Positions 1-12,290 of a DNA stretch of 64,000 nt are shown here, in pieces. The DNA is from Takakia lepidozioides. Lineage: Eukaryota > Plantae > Bryophyta. The DNA is taken from the NCBI GenBank assembly GCA_030704615.1, contig CM060731.1, forward strand, positions 75,082,001 through 75,146,000. The letters are read 5' to 3'. Under the pieces are notes generated by a model that saw only the letters and a program-made list of their open reading frames with translations, did not search any database and had not been told where the DNA came from. The stretch's first letter is position 1. Each line of letters opens with the position of its first letter. The position numbers were made by a program, and so were the translations under genes.

Positions 1-135
1 TGAGAGCACCTTCTTCTCAACACGTTTCAGCCTGTTTTGTCCTCTTATCCTATGTTGAGTTCTGCAAGATAGTCATCTGGTGGATCTATGGTTGCTTGGA
101 GTGATTTTGACATATTACTGCCAATGTGGCAATAG

Positions 136-3059
136 GCAATTATCCACAAACAGAAAGCAAAGATGAGGAGAGGCTTTGGAAAGAATATTTTTCGGACCCA
201 AGTCAATGGTGGGACAATCGAGGCAAAAAGGTGAATGATTTTAGAGAGACAAGATGCATTGCAGCACATTTTAAATGTCTTGAAGCAATTCAGCATAGGA
301 ACTAGACTTCGATAAGTAGGGTTGGGGTATTTGCTAGAAAAAAAATAGGTTGCCATTGTCAGCTGCTAGCAGCAAGGGGAGGATCTATGCATTATTGGTT
401 CCGAGGCTCAGATAGCTGAAGGAGCAGGGATGGAGTGTGGGTCCAGATTTCTCCAAGAGGGCCAGAGTTTAAGCACAAGATTACCTGTGAATCCCTGTGG
501 ATTGATAGCTACAAGAAACCTGCATGGGTAGATGGTCAACTGGAAGCAACAGCAGTGGCACAGTTGATAAAATCAGGCACCTTCACCATGACCACAGCTT
601 CCAAAAGAGGACCAAGAGAGGGAATCCATAATACCCCTTCTGGCACTTCTGGGCATGTGAGGATGCTATGTGAGGCAGGGCGACTGAAAGAGGCTCTACA
701 GATTCTAAATCAAGGAGGCATTTCAGCAGATTCAGACACTCATGTCTGTCTCTTGCTTAAGTGCATCAAGATGAAAAGCCTGGAAGCCGGAAAGCAGGTG
801 CATGCTCACATTATCCGAAGCAGGGTCAGGCCAACCGTTTTCCTACACAACACCCTTGTCAACATGTATGTTAAGTGTGGAAGCATTGTGGATGCACACA
901 AAGTGTTCCACAAAATGCCTGAACGTGGTTTGATCTCGTGGAATATTATGATGGCAGGATTTAACAAGCATGGGTGTGGTAAGAATGTTTTGGAGACATA
1001 TGAGCAAATGTTAGGGGAAGGTGTGCAGCCCAACCACATTACGTTTGTTTGTGTTTGCAATGCATGTGCAAGCCTGGCAGCCCTGGAAAAGGGCAAAGAG
1101 GTCCATGGTGACATCATCAAAGCGGGAATTGTACCAGATGTCATTCTCAGCAACACCCTTGTGGACATGTATGCCAAAGGCGGGAGCATGGAGGATGCAA
1201 AGGGAGTGTTTGATACTATGGCCGAACGAGATGTGGTGTCCTGGAACACGATGATTGCAGGATATGCACAGCATGGCTGCGGGATGGAGGCTTTGGAGAC
1301 ATATGAGCAAATGTTGCGGCAAGGGATGAAGCTGGACCAGGTTACATTCGTTTCTGTTTGCAAGGCGTGTGCGAGCCTGGCAACCCTAGAAAAGGGCAAA
1401 GAGATCCATGCTGACATCATCAAAGCGGGAGTTGTACCAGATATCATTCTGAATACTGCCTTGGTGGATATGTATGCCAAATGCGGCAGCATCGAGGATG
1501 CGAAGGCGGTTTTCAACAACATGGCTGAACGAAATGTTGTATCCTGGAGTGCGATGATCACAGGGTATGCCCAACATGGGTGTGGCATGGAGGCTTTGGA
1601 GATGTATGAGCAAATGGCGCGGAAAGGGGTAAAGCCGGACCGGGTCACGTTCGTTTGCGTATGCACTGCGTGCGCGAGCCTGGCAGCTCTGCAGAAGGGC
1701 AAAGAGGTCCATAGTGACATCATCAAAGCGGGAATTGTACCAGATGTCTTTCTGAACACTGCCTTGGTGGACATGTATGCCAAATGTGGGAGCATCGAGG
1801 ATGCAAAGGGAGTTTTCAACACAATGGCGGAACGAAATGTGGTGTCCTGGAACGCGATGATTGCAGGATATGCCCAGCATGGGTTCGGGATGGAGGCTTT
1901 GGAGACATATGAGCAAATGGTGCAGCAAGGGGTAATTCCAGACCGGATCACGTTCGTTTGCGTTTGCAATGCTTGTGCTAGCCTGTCAGCGCTGGAAAAG
2001 GGCAAAGCGGTTCATGGTGACATCATCAAAGCAGGAATTGTACCAGATGTCATCCTGAACACTGCCCTGGTGGACATGTATGCTAAATGCGGGAGCATTG
2101 AGGATGCAAAGGGAGTGTTCAACAATATGGCTGAACGAAATGTGGTGTCCTGGAATGCGATGATTGCAGGATATGCCCAGCATGGTTGTCATAGGGAGGC
2201 CCTGCAACTATTTGAAGGAATGCAAACGGAAGGCTTGAACAGTATCACCTTGATATGTGTTCTCTCTGCATGCAGCCACGTTGGCCTACTGGATGAAGGA
2301 AGAAGCTACTTTGATTCCCTGAGTCAAGATCATGGCGTCACTCCAACAGGAAAGCACTTTGGCTGCATGGTGGACCTTCTTGGACGTGCAGGGCAATTGG
2401 ATGAGGCAGAGGACCTCATTAATAAAATGCCAATGAAACCAGATCCTGTGGTGTGGAAGGCCTTGCTTGGTGCCTGCAGAATCCATGGCAATGTGGAGAT
2501 GGCTGAACGCGCAGCAACATCTGTTCTCAAGTGGAATGAACAGGATGCCGCGACTTACGTGTTGCTATCAAACATCTATGCCGCAGCTGGCAGGTGGGAC
2601 GATACTGCAAAGGTGAGGAAAATGATGAAGGCCAGAGGGGTTAGAAAGGAGCCAGGTCGCTGCCGCATTGAGATTGGCAACAAGGTGCACACCTTTGTTG
2701 TAGATGACAAATTGCATCCCAGAATTGAGGAAATCCATACTGAGCTGAGAAGATTGTCTGGGCAGATGGAGGAGGCAGGGTATGTACCTGACACACGCTT
2801 TGTATTGCATGATGTGGGGGAAGACCAAAAGGAATTTTCTCTTTGCCTCCACAGTGAGAGGCTGGCTATTGGCTTCGGGCTGATCAGCACGGCCCCTGGG
2901 ACCCCTCTCCATGTCATCAAGAATCTTCGGGTGTGTGGTGACTGCCACACGGCCACCAAGTTCATATCAAAGATTGTTGGCCGAGCAATTGTGGTACGGG
3001 ATGCGAACCGCTTTCACCACTTTGAAGATGGGGTCTGTTCTTGTGGGGATTACTGGTGA
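136..3059 (+). CDS. PPR-DYW gene A (5'-partial): PDF motif + PLS-class PPR array + E1/E2 + DYW deaminase; exons 136-230 and 447-3059, earlier exons lie before the window
   Basis: ORF 435-3059 has L-S, four P-L-S triplets, P2-L2-S2, E1, E2 and a DYW domain (HSERLA, CGDC, ...SCGDYW*). Exon 136-230 (ag|gc...aag|gt) encodes RLWKEYFSDPSQWWDNRGKK and splices in frame to ISPRGPEFKHKITCESLWIDSYKKPAWV at cag|447. Confidence 0.9.
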
Positions 3060-3169
3060 AACAATGCTTTATGAAAAGGTCCAAGTGTCTTACTTCATTC
3101 ATGATGTGCATAGCTACTTCGTCCATCCACCATTCTAAGAGTATTGGCTATGATGTTGTTGAGGCATTT

Positions 3170-4900
3170 GAAGATCCACCTCCAGAGGTTACAAATTGCT
3201 GGAAAGAGGGGGAAAAGACTTGGCAGTTGGAATATTTAACATCTTCAGAGCTTGTGGATGCTGATTGGTTTGGCGCTAGTTGATTCCTCCACACATTTGA
3301 GCATCACAGTCTCAGTAGTTTCACAAGGATCTGCTTCATGCATGTGATCTTGATTGTTGTCATCATGATCTTCAATTTGGTCTTCTGGAGTTGGATGGGA
3401 CTTGAATAAAGATCGAACAAGTTTGGCTCCATAGCTGCAATCTGGAAGTCACTATTGAATGCCCTGTCCAGTCTTCTTCCAACCTTTCTTCACAGTCTCG
3501 TTCATACATGTGATGTGGTTCCATGCCCTGTACAACCAACATGTTTGAAGGGTCTTTGAATGACCACATCTGCTGGCTGCAAGACGCTGGTATAATTAGC
3601 AGGGACGTACAATAGACATATTTGAGGATATTCCTTCACCATGTCTCTAAACTCAACACTGGTATGCACTGACAGCAATCGATGAGCCATATCATCTTCT
3701 GTCCACTGGGTAGGCCAAGTTCTTTGCATTGTGATTCGTAATCTGGCAATAAGATCATGTTCACAAACTGTTTACGAGTCTGTATGGTAGACCAATGATT
3801 TTGGGAATTGGTGAAATGAAAACCAGCGGCTAGACATTCATTTTGACCAAGAGTTGCAGGTGGAAGTGAATGAGTTGTGGTTCCATTGAAAATCACTTGT
3901 AATGGTAGACATTTTCCTGTAGCTGATGAAATAACTGCAGCGTTATGCCTTTTGTCATCACATGAATGTGCTTAGAACCCTTGGTCTCCCATGTCCTTTC
4001 ACCTCCTGCAGGAACGATGTGCACCCCTGTTTGGTCCGTGTTCACAACTTACTCAGGTGGAATGTTGTATGATTTAACCAGGTATGCTACCCTTTGGGCC
4101 ATCAAGGTCCCTTGCGCCTCCCAATCAGCTGGTAGCTTTGAAGCAGCGGTGGTGGAAACCCGGTATGACCAATTAAGATAAGTTCGTAAAAAAATCCGCA
4201 TCCACCGAAGGCTCACTCGAAACTTGCGAGAACCACCTTCATTCAATAGTTGAGGTGCTCGAAGCTCGATGATGCCTTGAACAATGGGTTGCACCAATGG
4301 CGCTGTCAACGGTTGACCCTCAGCGCTTAAGAATGCCCACGGTCTCCTCTTTAAGTTCAGGGTGTCTCTCCATAATCGTACATGATTTTTGGCCAACAAT
4401 GAGGCCGTTCCCCTTTCGATCCCTTGTCTAAATTTTTCCTTCGGTACGCCTTTCGGTGTGAACCATTTCGCAAGTGAACCATGTGAAAGTTTGTCATAAG
4501 GGCTCGTCATGACGCCGAGAGCTTCGTGGTAAGAACGAAGATAATGTAGCTGCACTTAAGCTACGATGACGCCTTACAGTAGCGTAGATCGAAGGCCATA
4601 AATCCGCTGAGAACCAATTCGTATAAGTCCCTCTTTTTTTTCGTTTCTTTCAAGAGCTTGCTCCTTCGTCCTCCTCTTATTTGATTTTCATTACAAACAG
4701 AGTTGCTTTTGGGTCTGACCGTGAACGCCCAACATGCAGCTTCGGTGCTCCTTGGCTCTTTCGTTTCACTGAAATCGTATCTCCTCGGCCAAAGCTTCCG
4801 ACATCCTTCGCTTTGTCACCTCATCCTCCTCTTTCGTGATGCGCTGAAACATCGATGTGATCATTAGATTGCTTCTCAACCATGTTGGTTCTTGCATGCA
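3170..4900 (-). mobile_element. Degenerate pogo/Tigger-like (DDE_1, Tc1/mariner superfamily) transposase relic; boundaries approximate
   Basis: Minus-strand fragments VNTDQTGVHIVP..TWETKG, LPLQVIFNG, HWST, WLIDC/SVH and YVPANYTSVLQPADVVIQRPFKH match the DDE_1 pattern. They are broken by frameshifts, and no TIRs were recognised. Confidence 0.7.
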
Positions 4901-5669
4901 ATCACAACAACAACATGCAGTTAGTCCCAGTAGTATGCAAAAAGTGACGCTACAGAACTAAACGCCTCAATTGGAAATCAACACACCTGAATTGAACGAG
5001 TCTGAAAGCAGACGGTGATCTTTGCAACCCCCTTGTATTCTCTCCGCTCATAGCTACAATCTTAACTTGGAGTTAATCAATTCTCTGTGAAATCAATGTG
5101 CCCCAATCAACTGCCGCAGTCAAAATCTAATGAATCAAGACATGATCGACGAAATTTAATGAAAAGTACCCAAGGTGTCCAATTTCAGAAAAATCGGATG
5201 AAGCTTGGATGAAAAAAATTATAGTTGTCATTAAGCCTGCCAAACCTGAGGACCTGCATGTATTTAATGATCCCGGGGTCTGACGAAATAGAGCGACCTC
5301 TTTGGTACTAGGGGGGTTGCTTAGTATTGGGTGTTTAGAGTTGGTATGGTTAGTATTAGGAATAAATAAGATGATGAATGATTCTGGTGACACATGTGCA
5401 ACAATGCGCGCCCAATGGAGTGCTTCACTAACAGAAGTGAAGCAATGGTGTGCAAACCCTCGCCCTTGCCATTGGTGGGACCGTGCAACCCCCAAGTATC
5501 CAAAGTGCTGATCAATGTTGTGTAAACTCGAGTAAGTAGATAAACCCAATGGGCATGTGAGAGGGTTAAGAGTAGTATGAATGAGTGAGTGCAGCTCCGT
5601 GGTAAGTAAGTCTAGAAGGAGCGCGGGGAGGGTCGAGTGGGAGTGTGCAAGTGAAAGTTTGTAGGGACG

Positions 5670-6722
5670 CTGCTACTTCCAATTGACCATCTACCAATGC
5701 AGGTTTCTTGTAGCTATTGATCCAGAGGAAATCGTAAGTAATCTTGAGTTTGACATATGTCCCTCTTGGATGAATTTGGACCCACACTCTATCCCTGCTC
5801 TTCAGCTGTCCCTGCCTCTGCACAAATCATGCATACATCCTCGCGTTGCTGCTAGCAGCTGACATTGCCAGCGTAGAGTTCTTCCAGCAAACACCCCAAC
5901 CCTACTTATCACACTAGTTCCAATGTTGAATTGTGTCTGGTTCTCTCTATGATCCAACATACATTCACCTTTTTGCCTTGATTGTCCCACCATTGACTGA
6001 GGTCGGAAAAGTATTCATTCCAAAGCTTCTCCTCATCTCCGTTATCTGTTTTTGGGTACTTTCCTGCTGCCACATGTCAAAATCACTCCAAAAACCCAAT
6101 GAGCTAACTTACAGAATTCAACATGCAAAATCAGGGACGAGTCCAATGAGAGGGCAAAAACAGGCTGAAATAGGTTGAAGAAGAAGCCTCACCACATTGT
6201 CCTCAACTGTCATGACCCATGGAGGATTCAACCAACCATCAACCCAAGAGGACATCTTGTGTGTGGTGCTTGTGTCTGTACTCAGGTTGTGTCGGATTGG
6301 ACTGTGAGAACCACCACGGTGCAGCTGAGCAGCCATAGATTGAAACGCAACCTCCTAAGACCAAGCTTACCCTCCCAAGTACCTTGTAAACACCAAGGAA
6401 AAATCGTGATACTAACAGGAGGAGCCAAGAGCCCCATTTGCAAGATGTACAAACTGCTTCACATAGTACATTAAGAAACAGCCACACGTCCCACCATCGT
6501 GAAGGATCTTTAAAAAACTAATGCCAGCTCTGCTCCGTGCTCCAAGGTACACTTTGTACCCGAAAATCCGACAGTCTCAACATTATGACAACCTCCTTCA
6601 CGGAGGGGTGCTAGGGAGCTTTCAACAACATTCATGCAAGTCGCTTTGGGCTCCATTGGACTCTACACAATGAGGAACACACCGACATGTCCAAACTTAC
6701 ACAGATGCTAAACCAGCTTATG
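5670..6722 (-). pseudogene. Inverted partial duplicate of the 5' PDF-motif exons (E4 to start of E7) of the PPR-DYW genes, without a PPR array
   Basis: Reverse complement gives WH*FFKDPSRWWD, SNPTQPEYRHKH.../WVDGWLNPPWV, the WWDNQGKK exon and IHPRG..VKLKITYDFLWINSYKKPALVDGQLE, with stops and frameshifts. Confidence 0.8.
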
Positions 6723-7009
6723 TTTGCAGTCTGGAGATTTTAGAGTGGTCTCTGAAAACCAGGAGCAGCTAAGCATCTCCGGTCTTGTTACAAATTTCAA
6801 TCTGCCGATTATAAAACGTAATGTGTCCATCATAATGTGTACAGACCTGACCTAGTTTTGTTGTCTGAATTTATCGTGACGTAATGGGGGTGGGTTTGAG
6901 TGGATGATGGGGACCCTCACAGCTGCTGTTGCAATCGATTCTTGCATCGGGGTTGCGAGTACACAGACCAAAACACATTCTTCTGCCAATTTCTCACTCA
7001 CCGGCGGAG

Positions 7010-8531
7010 ATGGCAGCGTCTTCCGGTGTTCTCCTGACCGCACAACCCGACTCCATACCCCAGTCCCTTTCCACTCGCTTCAGTCATGCGGGAGTTCTTG
7101 CGTCATGCAGCGGATTGAGGGGCTCGGCTGTGGAGCCGAAAACGGCATCCCCTTGGCAATGCGCACAGGATGGAATCCCTTGCATGTAGTTGCAATGGCG
7201 TCTTGCCAACCTTCAGGGGTGCCATTCAAATTAGGTGTGACACGAAACACTTTGCGGTTTTCTTCTTGTGTTGGCCGTGTTGTATGCACCGTAGGATCCA
7301 GACGTGGAATTGTCTGTTGAGAAATCTAGCAGAATCAAGAATGCACAAGTGATGCTAGACAAGGCGGATAATTGGTATATCTCGCACGTAGGTCAACGCT
7401 GGAGCATGGAACAGCGGTGGCAGGAGTTCTGTGAAGATCCTTCACAATGGTGGGACTGCAGTGTTGACAAGGTGAGCTTTCTCCATGGAGGATGTATGTC
7501 TGAGGGAGGAACTCTGGTATGATAGTACTGGGTGGATTGGATTGTACCCTTAGTTGTTGAGTGAAGTTCAAATCTCGCTTTGCGCTGCACTATCTTGTTT
7601 ACTATCTTGTTCTTTCTAAGAAGGGAATGCCTAAGGAGGGAATTGAAGTAGGATGCGCAAGGTCTTTCCCTGGACTTTGGAAGGTACTTCGGAAGGTTGA
7701 GACTGTGGCTGCTCAGCTGCTCCTTGGTTGTTTCCACAGACCACTCCAAAATCTCCAGACTACACTCATAATCAGCGCACACAAGAGGGATTGTGGATAG
7801 AGGGTTGGTTCAATCCTCCTTGGGTGAAAGATAAATTCATTGCCATGCCACAAGATCGAGAACAATCTGGTGATGGTGGAAGGATATGGGACTGTGGTTC
7901 TGGTTCTGGTTTGGATGGTGGTGCTCCTTCGAAGCTTGAAAGTGAGTGTGACTGATAGCGACCTGATTAGAGGGGCAGTCTTGTCATGCACGACTTGTTT
8001 CGCATCTGTGTAAGTTTGGACGTGTTGTTATGGTCCTCATGGTGTAGACTCTAATGGAGCCCACAGTGACCTGCAAGAATGTTGTTGAAAGCTAGCACCC
8101 TTCCATAAAGGAGCGATCAAAGTGTTGATGCTGTCTGAGTTTCGGGCATGAAGGTCTACCCTGGAGCATGGAGCATCTCTGGCATTAGTTTTTTAAAGAT
8201 TCTTCACAACAGTGGGACAACCCGATGTGGCTTTCTTAATATACCATGTGAAGAAGTATGTCCATTCTGCAAAAGTGGGCTCTTTGTTTCAGTGTCATGA
8301 TTTGTTCTGTTTCCTATGTTTACAAGGTACTCGGATGGGTTCGCTTGGTCTTAGAAGGCCATGTTTAAATTTCTCCAGCTGCACTGTGGTGGTTCTCACA
8401 GACCAATCCGAGAACACCTGACTACAGACACAAGCAATGCAAACAAGAGGTCCTTTGGGTTGATGGTTGGTTGAATCCTTCGTGGGTGAAAGAAAAACTA
8501 GGTGCTTTCATGGCACAATGTCAAGGACAAT
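7010..8531 (+). pseudogene. Partly decayed 5' exons of gene B: E1 7010-7234 (transit peptide, 1-nt deletion), E2 7392-7471, E3 7740-7941, E4 from 8154 (TAG at 8186), E5 8402-~8531 (truncated)
   Basis: E2 = GQRWSMEQRWQEFCEDPSQWWDCSVDK|gtgag; E3 = TTPKSPDYTHNQRTQEGLWIEGWFNPPWVKDK...|gtgagt; E5 = TNPRTPDYRHKQCKQEVLWVDGWLNPSWVKEKL. Homologous to 22155-23031 and 28604-30069. Confidence 0.75.
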
Positions 8532-8551
8532 GCTAGCAACAAGGAGGATCT

Positions 8552-11500
8552 ATGCATTACTGGTGCCGAGGCAGAATAGCAGAAGGAGCAGGGATGGAGT
8601 GTGGGGTCCAGTTCCATCTGAGAGGGCCAGATTTCAAGCACAAGATTACCCATCAATCCCTGTGGATCGATAGCTATAAGAAACCTGCGTGGGTAGATGG
8701 TCAATTGGATGTGGCGGCGGCGGCACATTTGTTAAAGTCAGGCACCTCCACCATGAACACAGCTTCCATGACCACAGCTTCCAAAAGAGGACCAAGAGAG
8801 GGAATCCATGATACCCCTTCTGGCACTTCTGGGCATGTAAGGATGCTATGTGAGGCAGGGCAACTGAAAGAGGCTCTACAGATTCTAACCCAAGGAGGCA
8901 TTTCGGCAGATTCAGATACTTATGTCTGTCTCTTGCGTAAGTGCATCAAGATGAAAAGCCTGGAAACAGGAAAGCAGGTGCACACTCACATTATCCAAAG
9001 GGGACTCAAGCCAAACGTTTTCCTACACAACAACCTTGTCAACATGTATGTCAAGTGCGGGAGCATTATGGATGCACATGAAGTGTTCAACAAAATGCCC
9101 AAACGCAGTTTGATCACGTGGAATATTATGATGGCAGGATTTAACAAGCATGGGTGTGGTAAGAATGCCTTGGAGACATATGAGCAAATGATAGGGGAAG
9201 GTGTGAAGCCCAACCACATCACGTTTGTTTGTGTTTGCAATGCATGTGCAAGCCTGGCAGCCCTGGAAAAGGGCAAAGTGGTCCATGGTGACATCATCAA
9301 AGCGGTAATTGTACCAGATGTCATTTTGAACACCGCCCTGGTGGACATGTATGCGAAATGTGGCAGCATTGAGGATGCAAGGGGAGTGTTTAACAATATG
9401 ACTGAACGAAATGTGGTGTCCTGGAACACGCTGATCACAGGATATTCCCAGCATGGGTTCGGGATGGAGGCTTTGGAGACGTATGACCAAATGATGCGGG
9501 AAGGGTTGAAGCCCGACCGGGTCACATTCGTCTGCATTTGCAATGCATGCGCAAGCCTGGCAGCCCTGGAAAGGGGCAAAGAGGTCCATGGTGACATCAT
9601 CAAAGCGGGGATTGTACCAGATGTCATTCTAAACAATACCCTGTTGGACATGTATGCCAAAGGCGGGAGCATCGCGGATGCAAAGGGAGTGTTCGACAAT
9701 ATGGCCGAACGAAATGTGGTGTCCTGGAGTGCGATGATCACAGGATATGCCCAGCATGGGTGCGGGATGGAGGCTTTGGAAACGTATGAGCAAATGATCC
9801 GGGAAGGGGTGAAGCCCCACCGGGTCACGTTTGTTTGCATCTGCAATGCGTGCGCGAGCCTGGCAGCCCTGGAGAAGGGGAAAGAGGTCCATGGTGATAT
9901 CATCAAAGCAGGAATTGTACCAGATGTAATTCTAAATACTGCTCTGGTGGACATGTATGCCAAATGTGGCAGCATTAAGGATGCGAAGGGAGTGTTCGAC
10001 AATATGGCTGAACGAAATGTGGTGTCCTGGAGCGCAATGATAGCAGGATATGCCCAGCATGGGTTCGGGATGGAGGCTTTGGAGACATATGAGCAAATGA
10101 TGCGGGAAGGGGTAAAGCCAGACCGGGTCACGTTTGTTTGCGTTTGCAATGCGTGTGCGAGCCTGGCAGACCTGGAAACGGGCAAAGAGGTCCATGGTGA
10201 CATCATCAAAGCGGGAATTGTACCAGACGTCATTCTGAACAATACCCTGGTGGACATGTATGCCAAAGGCGGGAGCATCGAGGATGCAAAGGGAGTGTTC
10301 GCCGACATGGCCGAACGAGATGTGGTTTCCTGGAATGCGATGATAGCAGGATATGCCCAGCAAGGGTCTGGGATGGAGGCTTTGGAGATGTATAAGAAAA
10401 TGATGCGGGAAGGGGTGAAGCCCAACCGGGCCACATTTGTTTGTGCTAGCAATGCGTGCGCAAGCCTGGCAGCCCTGGAAAAGGGCAAAGAGGTCCATGG
10501 TGACATCATCAAAGCGGGAGTTGTACCAGATGTTATTCTGAGCACTGCCCTGGTGGACATGTATGCCAAATGCGGGAGTATTGAGAATGCAAAGGGAGTG
10601 TTTGACAACATGGCTGAACGAGATGTGGTGTCCTGGAACGCGATGATTGCAGGATACGCCCAGCATGGTTGTGGGATGGAGGCTTTGCAGACATACGAGC
10701 AAATGAGGGGGGAATGGGTGAAGCCCAACCGGATTACGTTCATTTGTGTTTGCAATGCGTGTGCAAGCCTGGCAGCCCTGGAGAAGGGCCAACAGGTTCA
10801 TGGTGACATCATCAAAGCAGGAATTGTACCAGATGTCATTCTGAATAGTGCCCTGGTGGACATGTATGCCAAATGCGGCAGCATTGAGGATGCCAAGGTA
10901 TTATTCAACAACATGGCTGAACGAAATGTGATTTCCTGGAGCGCAATGATCTCAGGATATGCCCAGCATGGTTGTCATAGGCAAGCACTGCAGCTATTTG
11001 AAGTAATGCAAAAGGAAGGCTTTAGCCCAGGGAGTATCACCTTTATATGTGTTCTCTCTGCATGCGGCCACGTTGGCCTACTGGATGAAGGAAGATGCTA
11101 CTTTGATTCCCTGAGTCAAGATCATGGTATCGCTCCGACAGTAAAGCACTTTGGCTGCATGGTTGACCTGCTTGGACGTGCGGGGCAATTGGATGAGGCA
11201 GAGGACCTCATTAATAAAATGCCAATGAAACCAGATGCTGTGGTGTGGAAGGCCTTGCTTAGTGCCTGCAGAATCCATGGCAATGTGGAGATGGCTGAAC
11301 GTGCGGCAACATCTATTCTCAAGTGGGATGAACAGAATGCCGCAACTTATGTGTTGCTATCAAACATCTATGCCGCAGCTGGCAGGTGGGCTGATACTGC
11401 AAGGGTGAGAAAAATGATGAAGGCCAGAGGGGTTAGAAAGGAGCCAGGTCGCTGCTGCATTGAGATTGGCAACAGGGTGCACACCTTTGTTGTAGATGAC

Positions 11501-11851
11501 AAATTGCATCCGAAAATTGAGGAAATCCATGCTGAGCTGAGAAGATTGTCTGGGCAGATGAAGGAGGCTGGGTATGTGCCTGACAGGCGCTTTGTATTGC
11601 AAAATGTTAGGGAGGAGCAAAAGGAATTTTTTCTTTGCCACCACAGTGAGAAGCTGGCCATTGGTTTCGGGCTGATCAGCACGGCCCCTGGGACGTGTCT
11701 CCGTCTGATCAAGAATCTTCGGGTGTGTGGTGACTGCCACACGGCCACTAAGTTCATCTCAAAGATTGTTGGCCGAGCAATTGTGGTACGGGACGCTATC
11801 CGTTTTCACCATTTTGAAGATGGGTTTTGTTCTTGTGGGGATTACTGGTGA
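8552..11851 (+). CDS. PPR-DYW gene B: half PDF motif + PLS PPR array (six P-L-S triplets) + E1/E2 + DYW; true start uncertain (ATG 8552/8594, or splicing into acceptor at 8612)
   Basis: 1099-aa open frame with GPDFKHKITHQSLWIDSYKKPAWV, 101-aa PLS triplets, HSEKLA, CGDC and SCGDYW*. Confidence 0.9.
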   Translation: MHYWCRGRIAEGAGMECGVQFHLRGPDFKHKITHQSLWIDSYKKPAWVDGQLDVAAAAHLLKSGTSTMNTASMTTASKRGPREGIHDTPSGTSGHVRMLCEAGQLKEALQILTQGGISADSDTYVCLLRKCIKMKSLETGKQVHTHIIQRGLKPNVFLHNNLVNMYVKCGSIMDAHEVFNKMPKRSLITWNIMMAGFNKHGCGKNALETYEQMIGEGVKPNHITFVCVCNACASLAALEKGKVVHGDIIKAVIVPDVILNTALVDMYAKCGSIEDARGVFNNMTERNVVSWNTLITGYSQHGFGMEALETYDQMMREGLKPDRVTFVCICNACASLAALERGKEVHGDIIKAGIVPDVILNNTLLDMYAKGGSIADAKGVFDNMAERNVVSWSAMITGYAQHGCGMEALETYEQMIREGVKPHRVTFVCICNACASLAALEKGKEVHGDIIKAGIVPDVILNTALVDMYAKCGSIKDAKGVFDNMAERNVVSWSAMIAGYAQHGFGMEALETYEQMMREGVKPDRVTFVCVCNACASLADLETGKEVHGDIIKAGIVPDVILNNTLVDMYAKGGSIEDAKGVFADMAERDVVSWNAMIAGYAQQGSGMEALEMYKKMMREGVKPNRATFVCASNACASLAALEKGKEVHGDIIKAGVVPDVILSTALVDMYAKCGSIENAKGVFDNMAERDVVSWNAMIAGYAQHGCGMEALQTYEQMRGEWVKPNRITFICVCNACASLAALEKGQQVHGDIIKAGIVPDVILNSALVDMYAKCGSIEDAKVLFNNMAERNVISWSAMISGYAQHGCHRQALQLFEVMQKEGFSPGSITFICVLSACGHVGLLDEGRCYFDSLSQDHGIAPTVKHFGCMVDLLGRAGQLDEAEDLINKMPMKPDAVVWKALLSACRIHGNVEMAERAATSILKWDEQNAATYVLLSNIYAAAGRWADTARVRKMMKARGVRKEPGRCCIEIGNRVHTFVVDDKLHPKIEEIHAELRRLSGQMKEAGYVPDRRFVLQNVREEQKEFFLCHHSEKLAIGFGLISTAPGTCLRLIKNLRVCGDCHTATKFISKIVGRAIVVRDAIRFHHFEDGFCSCGDYW

Positions 11852-12109
11852 AATGATGTTTTTTCCTGGAAAGGTTCCAGTGTCTGGTTTCATTCATGAT
11901 CTGCATAGCTACTTCGTTCACCCACCATTGATCCTGAGAATATTGGCACTGTTGAACACAGTTGCCTACGGTTCAAGACCGAATTTTGGAGCATGTATGG
12001 AACAGTTGTAGTTCCATGCAGGGATTGGCTTCCTCAATCACTTGTTGAGCTGCTGATGTGAAGCAAGCCAAAAGCTGTCCTGAACCACTTTTAAGAAGGT
12101 GAACCCACG

Positions 12110-12290
12110 TTTGGATGCCAACCACTTTCACCACTTTCGCAGATGGGGTTTGTTCTTTGTGGGGACTACTGGTGAAATATTTTCTTCTGGAAAAGGTGCA
12201 AGTGTATTGCTTCATGATGTGCGTTTCTACTTCATTCATCCACCATTGATCCTGAGAATATTGTTTATGATGCACGGTTGAGGTATTTCA
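12110..12290 (+). pseudogene. Orphan duplicated DYW C-terminal tip plus 3' flank
   Basis: gatgccaaccactttcaccacttt..gatggggtttgttc..tgtggggactactggtgaaat repeats the end of the DYW exon (DANHFHHF...DYW*) with indels. Confidence 0.75.

Noticed and set aside
435-446. GTG starts given by the ORF track for the PPR genes (435, 13582, 23526, 30562)
   Set aside because: They lie in the last 12 nt of an intron; the exon starts after the conserved cag acceptor.
5302-5511. ORF containing WWDRATPKYPK, superficially like a PDF motif
   Set aside because: It has no nucleotide similarity to the PDF exons and lacks the FKHK/LW/PxWV parts; probably chance.
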